Assembly: GCA_036675475.1 (NCBI GenBank)
Contig: JAKFEY010000001.1
Span: forward strand, 10,442 to 74,441
Direction: 5' to 3'
From: Vicinamibacterales bacterium
GTDB taxonomy: Bacteria; Acidobacteriota; Vicinamibacteria; Vicinamibacterales; SCN-69-37
DNA length: 64,000 nucleotides
The notes under the pieces: model-generated
Told to the model about the DNA's origin: nothing
What the model saw: the letters and a program-made list of their open reading frames with translations, nothing else
Databases searched by the model: none
In this document: positions 43,925-51,641 of the stretch, in pieces
Position numbering within the stretch: position 1 is the first letter of the stretch
How the letters are laid out: every line of letters begins with the position of its first letter
Translations under genes and position numbers: made by a program

Positions 43925-45100
43925 TCAGGCCTGGCTGGGATCCTCGCCGAGGACGACTGTGATGAAGCGGTCGAAGGCGTAGAGGAGGTCTTCGCGGTTC
44001 GAGTAGGGGCCCGGGACGTAGGCGGGCGAGGAGATGCCCTGCTGCGACAGTTCGCAGACGTGCCAGTCCTGCCGGTTGGTGAGGTCCCAGAAGTCGAGCA
44101 CGTCTTTCGCGTCGAAGCCGGGCTTCGCGAGTTCTTCGGGCGCGAACAGCCATTCGCACGTCAGCCGCGTGCGGTCGGGCGCGAGCGGCTCGGTGCGATG
44201 CACCATCACGTAGTCGGGGTGCAGGCTCAGGAAGAGATTCGGGAAGATGGCGTAGTAGTAGACGCACCGCCGGTCCTCTTCCGAGAGGCCCGGCAGCAGG
44301 TCGCGCGGGCACGAGCCGTCCATCGACATGGTGATGATGCCGGGGCGCAGGTCCATGCGGCCGCCCATGTAGGTGCGGCGCAGCGGCTCGTTTTCGCCGC
44401 TCATGTAGTGCGAGAGCTTGTTGAGCGCCGGATGAAGATTCGGGCAGTGCAGGCACTCGTTGAAGTTCTGGATGATCAGCTTCCAGTTCGCGCCGATCTC
44501 ATAGACTTCGCGGCCGCCGCGGCGCAGGCGCTCCATCTGCCAGGGCGCGAACTTCTCGGGCAGGGCCGCAAGGTGATCGGCGAGCGGATCGCCGCCGTTC
44601 TCGGCGAGATTGACGAACACAAAGCCGGCCCAGACCTCGGTGGCCACCGAGTGCAGCGGGAAGCGCGCCTTGTCGAAGCCGGGCGTGCCCTCCATGTGCG
44701 GCGCGCCGACCAGGCGGCCGGTGAGGTCGTACGTCCACGAGTGGTACGGGCACTGAATCGCGCCGGCAAAATGGCCATGCGATTCCACGCACAGCCGCGT
44801 GCCGCGGTGGCGGCAGACGTTGTGATGCGCGCGAATCGACGCGTCATCGTCGCCGGTGCGCGTGATGATGATGCTCTGGCCGGCGATGTCGCGGAGCATG
44901 TAATCGCCCTTGCGCGGCACTTCTTCGGCGCGCCCGGCCTGCACCCAGTTGGAGCGGAAGAAGAGATCCAGCTCGCGCTCGAAGAGGCGCGGGCTGGTGT
45001 AGAAGCGCGCGGGAAGGGTGGTGGCGCCTTCGGGCAGCGGATCGCGCGGCTTGATGTGCGAAGCCGGAACGTCGTGCGTGAGGTCGCTCACGTGAGGCAT
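43925..45100 (-). CDS. Rieske [2Fe-2S] non-haem-iron oxygenase alpha subunit (GbcA / ring-hydroxylating type)
   Basis: CRHRGTRL ... CPYHSWTY (Rieske motif). NFNECLHCPNLHP (mononuclear-iron region). Confidence 0.85.
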   Translation of the reverse strand: MPHVSDLTHDVPASHIKPRDPLPEGATTLPARFYTSPRLFERELDLFFRSNWVQAGRAEEVPRKGDYMLRDIAGQSIIITRTGDDDASIRAHHNVCRHRGTRLCVESHGHFAGAIQCPYHSWTYDLTGRLVGAPHMEGTPGFDKARFPLHSVATEVWAGFVFVNLAENGGDPLADHLAALPEKFAPWQMERLRRGGREVYEIGANWKLIIQNFNECLHCPNLHPALNKLSHYMSGENEPLRRTYMGGRMDLRPGIITMSMDGSCPRDLLPGLSEEDRRCVYYYAIFPNLFLSLHPDYVMVHRTEPLAPDRTRLTCEWLFAPEELAKPGFDAKDVLDFWDLTNRQDWHVCELSQQGISSPAYVPGPYSNREDLLYAFDRFITVVLGEDPSQA

Positions 45101-45111
45101 GATAGCGCACC

Positions 45112-46383
45112 GTGAATCATCCAGCCCTGAAGCGCGCGCTCGGCCCGTGGGACCTGACGGCCCTCGGCGTCAATCAGGTGATTGGCACCGGCGTGTTCCT
45201 GATGCCGGCGCTCGTGGCCGGGCAGGTGGGATCGTGGAGCACGGTCGCCGTGCTGGCGGTCGGCGGCCTGTCGATGTTCATCGCGCTTTGTTTCGCCGAA
45301 GCGTCCAGCCGGGTGGCGACGACCGGCGGCGCCTACATCTACACGCGGCAGGCGTTCGGCCGCTTCATCGGCTTCGAAGTGGGCTGGATGACGTGGTTCA
45401 CGCGCGTGGCGAGCTGGGCCGGCGTCGCATATGGATTGACGATGTATCTGGCGCGGTACTGGCCGGCGCTCGACGACGGCACCGCGCGTGGGCTCTTCCT
45501 GACGGGCGTGTTCGGCGTGCTGACGGCCATCAACATCCGCGGCATCCGCCAGAGTGCGTGGGTCGTGAACTCGCTGACCATCGGCAAGCTGGTGCCGCTC
45601 GCCGTGTTCGTGGCCGGCGGCCTGGCGTTCGTGGAATGGTCGCGGGTGATGCCCGTCAAGCCGTGGCCGCCGTTCGATCAGACGTCGGCGGCGCTTCTGT
45701 ATCTGATCTTCGCGTTCGGCGGCTACGAGGTGGTGCCGGTGCCGGCGGGCGAGGCGCGGCGCCCGGAGCGCGACGTGCCGTTCGCGATGGTGATGACGAT
45801 TGCGATCGTGACGCTGCTCACCATCCTCGTGCAGGTGGTGGCGCAGGGTGTGCTGGCAAATGTGGAGATCTCGAAGGCGCCGCTTGCCGACGCGGCCGTG
45901 ATCTTTCTGGGCGCGGGGGGCGCGCTGCTGCTCACGATTGGCGCCGTGATTTCCACGACCGGCAACAACATGGGGCAGTCGCTGTCGGGATCGCGCAGCC
46001 TGTTTGCGCTCGCCGAGCAGCGCGACTTGCCGCAGGCGATGGCCTGGGTGCATCCGCGGTGGCGCACGCCGGTGGTGGCGATCGTGATCACGTCCGCGGT
46101 GGCGCTGGCGCTTGCCGTGACGGGTTCATTCTCGACGCTCGCGCTCGCGAGTGCCGTCAGCCGGTTGCTGGTCTACGCGGGCACCGCGGCCGCCGTGCTG
46201 GCGCTGCGGCGCGAAGGGCGCGCGCCGTTCACGATTCCCGGCGGCCCCGTGGTTCCCGTCGCCGCGCTGCTGGTGTGCCTGGCGCTGGTGGCCGCCGCGA
46301 CGTCGGAGCAATTCCGCATCGGCGGCCTCGCGCTAATCGTCGGCGCCGCACTGTTCGCGGTAGCCCGCTGGTCCGACCCTTAA
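45112..46383 (+). CDS. APC-superfamily amino-acid permease
   Basis: LGPWDLTALGVNQVIGTGVFLMP, about 12 hydrophobic segments. GTG start only 11 bp from the divergent Rieske ATG. Confidence 0.85.
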   Translation: MNHPALKRALGPWDLTALGVNQVIGTGVFLMPALVAGQVGSWSTVAVLAVGGLSMFIALCFAEASSRVATTGGAYIYTRQAFGRFIGFEVGWMTWFTRVASWAGVAYGLTMYLARYWPALDDGTARGLFLTGVFGVLTAINIRGIRQSAWVVNSLTIGKLVPLAVFVAGGLAFVEWSRVMPVKPWPPFDQTSAALLYLIFAFGGYEVVPVPAGEARRPERDVPFAMVMTIAIVTLLTILVQVVAQGVLANVEISKAPLADAAVIFLGAGGALLLTIGAVISTTGNNMGQSLSGSRSLFALAEQRDLPQAMAWVHPRWRTPVVAIVITSAVALALAVTGSFSTLALASAVSRLLVYAGTAAAVLALRREGRAPFTIPGGPVVPVAALLVCLALVAAATSEQFRIGGLALIVGAALFAVARWSDP

Positions 46384-47138
46384 CTGCTGACGTAGTCCTG
46401 GCTGTGCCGTTCGAGCAGCCGGTACTTCACGGCCGCCATGAAGAAGAACAGCGGCAGCAGCAGTTCGGCCGCGGTCGCGAGTAGATTCGCGGTCCAGAGC
46501 AGATAGCGGCTTTCCACGCCAAAGACCGTGGCGAACATCAGGCCGAGCAGCACGTCCACCACCATGCCCGCGATCATGCCGGCGAGCACGCCGAAGACCG
46601 GCGCGCGATAGGTGCGGCGCTCGTCGGCCGTCATTTCGCGATAGCTGCGATAGATGGCGATGCAGGCGGCAATCGAGGCGGCAAACACCAGCATGCCGAG
46701 CGCGATCATCGTGCCGTCGAGCGCGGCGCGCGCCGCGCGATAGGCGGACGTGCCGATGGCGGCGGCGATGATGGGCGCAACGGCGACCAGGGCGGCGGCG
46801 ACGTAGAGCGCCTTGATGTTGCCGCCGCGCAGCCACGGCCGGCGATGCGGAAAGGCCAGGCCGAAGTGCAGGAACACGGTGGCCGACAACAGGCCGGCGC
46901 CGAGCACCAGGCCGTCGATGGCGGCGATCCCGAGCCGGCTTTCAGGCAGCCGGATGGCGGCAATCAGAAGGGGAAGTCCGAACGCCAGCTCCGACGCGGC
47001 CAGCGCGAGGAACAGCCGCGCGCGGCGATCGGCGCGATGCCGCCGCCACACGACGATGGCCACGATCAGCGCGAGCAGCGCCGGCGCGCTTTGCAGCGGG
47101 TCGATGCCCCACCCGTACATCATGTCTGCGCTGCCCAT
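46380..47138 (-). CDS. stand-alone polytopic (about 7-TM) membrane protein resembling a sensor-kinase N-terminal membrane module
   Basis: Seven hydrophobic stretches, no soluble domain. Resemblance judged by pattern only. Confidence 0.55.
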   Translation of the reverse strand: MGSADMMYGWGIDPLQSAPALLALIVAIVVWRRHRADRRARLFLALAASELAFGLPLLIAAIRLPESRLGIAAIDGLVLGAGLLSATVFLHFGLAFPHRRPWLRGGNIKALYVAAALVAVAPIIAAAIGTSAYRAARAALDGTMIALGMLVFAASIAACIAIYRSYREMTADERRTYRAPVFGVLAGMIAGMVVDVLLGLMFATVFGVESRYLLWTANLLATAAELLLPLFFFMAAVKYRLLERHSQDYVSS

Positions 47139-47203
47139 CCGTCCTGAATTCTAACTGCCTCCTGCGGGCCAAAACCGCGCGCGGCAAGTAAAATGTTGCG
47201 GCC

Positions 47204-48580
47204 ATGACATTTCGACGCGCCGCCGGCGCTCTCGTCTGCGCCGTCGCGCTGTCCGCGTGCGCCATGCGCACCGCCTCGACGGCCGGCATCGACCCCTCGT
47301 ACACGGGCCGCCTCGCGGCGATCTGGGACGCCGAACATGTCTCATCGCCCATTTCGGCACTCGTCGACCATGCCGAGGTCGAGCGGCGGATCAACTCGCT
47401 GCCGGCCGGCCTCTTCACGGTGCGTCAGGCCGGCGCCTCGGTTGAAGGCCGCGCCATTTATCACGTGAAGGCGGGCACCGGCCCGATGCCCGTGCTGCTC
47501 TGGTCGCAGATGCACGGCGACGAGCCGACGGCCACCTCCGCGCTCTTCGACATCTTCGCGTATCTCGACACGCATCGCGCGGAGCCCATGGCCGCGCGCA
47601 TTCTCGAACGCCTCACGCTGCATGCCGTGCCGATGCTCAACCCCGACGGCGCCGAGCGGTTTCAGCGCCGCAACGCGCAGGGCATCGACATCAATCGCGA
47701 CGCGCTCAATCTCGTGACGCCCGAAGCGCGGCTGCTCAAGCAGCTGCGCGACGAGCTGAACCCCGCGATTGGTTTCAACCTGCACAACCAGAGCTGGCGC
47801 ACCGCCATTGGCAAGCCCGCGCGCCCTGCCACGATCTCGCTGCTGTCGGTGGCCTACAACGAGGCGCGTACGGTCAATGCCGGGCGCATGCTCACCAGGA
47901 AGCTTGCAGCGACGGTACGGAACGCCATCGAGCCCATTGCCGGCGATCGGATCGGCAAGTACGACGACAGCTTCGAAGTGCGCGCCTTCGGCGACAACAT
48001 CACACTGTGGGGCACGCCCGTGCTGTTGATCGAAACGGGGCCGTGGCCCGCCGAACCAATGGACCCGCCGCTCGTGCGGCTCAATTTCGTGGCGATTCTC
48101 GCGGCGCTCGACGCGCTGGCCACCGGGCGCGTGCATGACGCGGATCCGGCGCGATACGACTCGCTGCCCATGAACGACTCGGGTCTCTCGTACACGATCG
48201 TGCGCGGCGGCAGCGTGCTGCGCGGCGACGGCCTGCCGGCCTTTCGCGCCGATGTCGGGCTGACGGGCCAGCGCCGGGTTCGCATGCACAACGGACGGCG
48301 CGAGGCCTGGATCTCGACGAGCATTGACGACCTCGGCGACCTGCGCACCAGCACGGCGCTGTTCGACGTCGATGCCACCGGCCTCACCATCGCGCCCGCC
48401 ATCGACGGTGTCGCCGCGGGGGCGGAGATCAAGCTGCCTGACTGGACGCGCGACAACCCCGCGTCCGTGCTCGTGCAGACCGGCTCGCCAGGAAGCCTGA
48501 TGCTGCTGCGCCCGCTCGCCGACGGCCGCTACAAAGTCGAACGTGTGCTGCCCGGCGCATGGCGGATGGATCAGCCGTGA
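47204..48580 (+). CDS. M14-family zinc carboxypeptidase lipoprotein
   Basis: Lipobox AVALSAC. WSQMHGDEPTAT (HxxE), LNPDGAERFQRRNAQGIDINRD, GFNLHNQ. Confidence 0.8.
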   Translation: MTFRRAAGALVCAVALSACAMRTASTAGIDPSYTGRLAAIWDAEHVSSPISALVDHAEVERRINSLPAGLFTVRQAGASVEGRAIYHVKAGTGPMPVLLWSQMHGDEPTATSALFDIFAYLDTHRAEPMAARILERLTLHAVPMLNPDGAERFQRRNAQGIDINRDALNLVTPEARLLKQLRDELNPAIGFNLHNQSWRTAIGKPARPATISLLSVAYNEARTVNAGRMLTRKLAATVRNAIEPIAGDRIGKYDDSFEVRAFGDNITLWGTPVLLIETGPWPAEPMDPPLVRLNFVAILAALDALATGRVHDADPARYDSLPMNDSGLSYTIVRGGSVLRGDGLPAFRADVGLTGQRRVRMHNGRREAWISTSIDDLGDLRTSTALFDVDATGLTIAPAIDGVAAGAEIKLPDWTRDNPASVLVQTGSPGSLMLLRPLADGRYKVERVLPGAWRMDQP

Positions 48581-49512
48581 GGGTCGCCATTCTCGGATCG
48601 GGCGCCGTGGGCGGCTTCTATGGCGCCCTGCTCGCGCGGCAGGGACACGACGTCGCGTTCATTGCGCGCGGCGCGCATCTCGACGCCATCCGCAATCAGG
48701 GCCTGCGCATCCGCGGCTCGGTGGGCGACTTTGCCGCGCGCGGACGCGCCGAAAGCGACACCTCCCGCGTCGGCATCGTCGATCTCGTCATCTACGCCGT
48801 CAAGACGTACGACAACGACACCGCGCTGCCGATGCTGGCGCCCATGGTTGGCCCGAACACGGCGGTGCTCACGCTGCAGAACGGCGTGGACAGCGTCGAC
48901 GAGGTCGCCGCCGCGGTTGGCAGCGACCACGTGCTCGGCGGCTCCACGTATGTGGCCACCGCGATCGCCGAACCGGGCCTCATCGAGCAGACCGGCACGC
49001 ACCGGCGCGTCGTGTTCGGGGAAGTGACCGGCCAGCCGTCGGCCCCGAGCGCGCGCGTGAACGAGATCGCGCAGGTCATGCAGCAGGCCGACATTCAGGC
49101 CGAAGCCGTCGCCGACGCGCGTCCGTCGCTCTGGGAGAAGTTCGTCTATCTCGCGCCGTTCGCCGGCTTCACCGGAGCGGCGCGCCTGCCCATCGGGCCG
49201 CTGCGCGATCAGCCGGGCTTCTTCGCGCTCGCGCTTCGCGCCTGCGGAGAGGTGGCCTCCGTCGCGCGCGCCGAGGGCGTTGCGCTGCCCGCCGATCTCG
49301 AAAATCGCCTGCGCGTCTACATCGAGGCGCTGCCGGCCACCACGCGCTCCTCGCTGCTGATTGACCTCCAGAGCGGCAAACGCATCGAAGTCGAAAGCCT
49401 GCAAGGCTCGGTGGTGCGCCGCGCGGCCGCGGCCGGCATCGACGTGCCCATCATGCAGACCCTGTATGCCGCGCTGAAGCCCTGGGCGAACCCGCGCCCG
49501 GCGCAGCCATGA
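48577..49512 (+). CDS. panE: 2-dehydropantoate 2-reductase (ApbA/PanE family)
   Basis: VRVAILGSGAVGGFYGALLARQGHDV (Rossmann fold). SSLLIDLQSGKRIEVESLQG. Start at GTG 48577 (GTGA overlap with the upstream stop); ATG 48559 is the alternative. Confidence 0.8.
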   Translation: MRVAILGSGAVGGFYGALLARQGHDVAFIARGAHLDAIRNQGLRIRGSVGDFAARGRAESDTSRVGIVDLVIYAVKTYDNDTALPMLAPMVGPNTAVLTLQNGVDSVDEVAAAVGSDHVLGGSTYVATAIAEPGLIEQTGTHRRVVFGEVTGQPSAPSARVNEIAQVMQQADIQAEAVADARPSLWEKFVYLAPFAGFTGAARLPIGPLRDQPGFFALALRACGEVASVARAEGVALPADLENRLRVYIEALPATTRSSLLIDLQSGKRIEVESLQGSVVRRAAAAGIDVPIMQTLYAALKPWANPRPAQP

Positions 49513-50339
49513 CGCTGGTCGTTCTCGGCACGATTGCCGCCGGCGCCGTCGCGGGCTGCCTCGGCGCCATGCTCGGCCTCGGCGGCGGCATCTTCATCGT
49601 CCCCTTCCTCAACCTTGTCGTCGGCCTGCCGTTCGCGTCGGCGTCGGCCGTCAGCCTCGTGACCATCATTGCGACGTCGAGCGTGTCGGCGACCAACACC
49701 GAGCAGCGCAAGGTCACGAACCTGAAGCTCGGCATGCTGCTCGAAGCCTTCAGCGCGCCAACGGCGCTTGCCGCCGCGTACTGGGCGGGATCGATTTCCG
49801 AGCCGACGCTGCGCCGCATCTTTGCGATCTCGGCCCTCGGCATCGCCGTCGTGATGTTCACGCGGCTCAACAAGCGGAACGTCGTGCGCGATCCGGATTT
49901 CGACACCGGCATGCTCGGGGGGCGCTATTACGAGGCCGAAAGCGGCGATACGGTGGCGTACGCCGTCAGGCGCCTGCCGGTTGCCTGCGGCACCTCCATG
50001 CTCGCCGGCGTCCTCTCGGGCCTCATCGGCATCGGCGGCGGCATCGTCAAGGTGCCGGTGCTCAACGCGTGGTGCGGCGTGCCGATGCGCGCCGCCGCGG
50101 CGACGAGCGCGTTCATGATCGGCATCACCGTCGTGGCCAGCGCCATTCCCTATTACCTGCGCGGCGACGTGGTGCCGCAGTTCGCCGCCGCCACCGTGCT
50201 CGGCGTGCTGGCCGGCGGGCGCCTCGGCATCTGGCTGATGCCGCGCGTCCGCGCGCGCGAGCTCAAGCTGATGATGATTGCCATGCTCGTGCTGATGGCG
50301 ATCGTTTATCTCGTGAAGAGCGGAAAGGCAGGGGCCTGA
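49509..50339 (+). CDS. TauE/SafE-family anion exporter
   Basis: GAMLGLGGGIFIVPFL and GLIGIGGGIVKVPVL, the duplicated family motif. Polytopic. Confidence 0.85.
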   Translation: MTLVVLGTIAAGAVAGCLGAMLGLGGGIFIVPFLNLVVGLPFASASAVSLVTIIATSSVSATNTEQRKVTNLKLGMLLEAFSAPTALAAAYWAGSISEPTLRRIFAISALGIAVVMFTRLNKRNVVRDPDFDTGMLGGRYYEAESGDTVAYAVRRLPVACGTSMLAGVLSGLIGIGGGIVKVPVLNAWCGVPMRAAAATSAFMIGITVVASAIPYYLRGDVVPQFAAATVLGVLAGGRLGIWLMPRVRARELKLMMIAMLVLMAIVYLVKSGKAGA

Positions 50340-50605
50340 TGGAACGCGCGCTGCGCATCGCGACGTGGGTGTCCGCGGGACTGCTGGCGGCGGGACTGCT
50401 GCTGTGGCTGGCGGGCGCGCCGCAGGCGACGAGGATGCTGCACGCGGGGCTGTGGCTCCTGATTGCCACGCCCATCGTGCGCGTGCTGATGGCGTTGACC
50501 GGTTACGTGAAGGATCGCGACTGGGTCTTTGCGTTGCTGACGCTGGTCGTCCTCGGCTGCCTGGTCGTGCCGATTACCGTGTTCCTCGCGTCGTTTCCTC
50601 GCTGA
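50339..50605 (+). CDS. small membrane protein (DUF1634-like partner of TauE)
   Basis: Trimmed to ATG 50339 (overlaps the TauE TGA). Three hydrophobic segments. Confidence 0.55.
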   Translation: MERALRIATWVSAGLLAAGLLLWLAGAPQATRMLHAGLWLLIATPIVRVLMALTGYVKDRDWVFALLTLVVLGCLVVPITVFLASFPR

Positions 50606-51641
50606 ACGCCTCGGGACTCGACGGAATTCCCCCCTGCACCTGCTCGGCCACCTCGCGCAGCCGGTCCTGCGCGGCGGTGCGCATGTTCTCGAGCAGATCC
50701 TGAATGCGCTGCGCCTGCCTCGTGATCACCGCGACGTCGCGCTGCAGCGCCGCATCGGGATAGCCTCGCTCCAGCAGATCGCAATGGCCGATGATCGTCT
50801 GCAGCGCGCTTTGAATCTCGCTCGCGATCGACAGCGTCAACTCCGCCATCGCCTCCATCGTGCGGAACCGCGCCACCGCCTGCTGCAGCTGCTGCGCGAC
50901 GTACGCCATCGCCAGAATTTCCGCGATGGGTTCGAGCGCGTCGACGTGCTCCTGCGTGAACGCGCTTTTCGCGCGCGACACGACGTTGAGCGTGCCGACC
51001 GCCTTGTTCTTGGACACGAGCGGCAGCACCATGCCCGACTGGAAGCCGGTTTGATGCAGCACGTTGGCGTCGAGGAAATCGGGCGCCTGCTCGCTGAAGC
51101 TGTCGACAATCAGCGGCTTGCACGTGCGCACGACGTGGCCGATGTGCGTGCGATCGAGATTGAACTCGAGATCCACGCGAGGCCGCGTGCGGCGCTCAGG
51201 CTCCGCCACGCGCGCCGTGTACGTCTGGAATTCCTGCCCGCCCTCCTTCAGCAGCGCCAGGCCCACCCGGTCGCAGGGCACGATGCGCGCGACGCGGCGG
51301 GCGAGCGCCTGAAAAGCGAGCGTGACGTCGGTGGAGCGGGCGAGCGCCTGCAGCATCTCGTTGTGGGCTTCGAGCTGCTCCACCTGATCGAGCGTGGCGC
51401 GGTGCTCGCTCTCGCGGGTGTGAATCGTGTTGCGCAGATAGGAGAAGCGGCTGGCGCCGAGCAGCCCGAGCGCCAGGATGGTGGCCCACGAGAGGGCGAT
51501 GAGGCCGGGCGCGAGCAGGCGCTCCGGCACAATGCCGCGGCCGGCAAGCAGCCACAGGGCGAGCTGCAGGACGGCGCCACCGGCAATCAGGGCCAGCATC
51601 AGGCCCTGCGCCTCGGAGCGACGGGGAGCCGGGGAGCTCAT
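50574..51641 (-). CDS. membrane-anchored GAF-domain protein with HisKA-like (DHp) helix but no ATPase domain
   Basis: 2 TM segments, a GAF-like core (IVPCDRVGLALL ... SGMVLPLVSKNKAVGTLNV), then LTLSIASEIQSALQTIIGHCDLL (H-box-like). The protein ends ~60 aa later. ATGA overlap with the molybdoenzyme stop. Confidence 0.7.
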   Translation of the reverse strand: MSSPAPRRSEAQGLMLALIAGGAVLQLALWLLAGRGIVPERLLAPGLIALSWATILALGLLGASRFSYLRNTIHTRESEHRATLDQVEQLEAHNEMLQALARSTDVTLAFQALARRVARIVPCDRVGLALLKEGGQEFQTYTARVAEPERRTRPRVDLEFNLDRTHIGHVVRTCKPLIVDSFSEQAPDFLDANVLHQTGFQSGMVLPLVSKNKAVGTLNVVSRAKSAFTQEHVDALEPIAEILAMAYVAQQLQQAVARFRTMEAMAELTLSIASEIQSALQTIIGHCDLLERGYPDAALQRDVAVITRQAQRIQDLLENMRTAAQDRLREVAEQVQGGIPSSPEAFSEETTRGTR

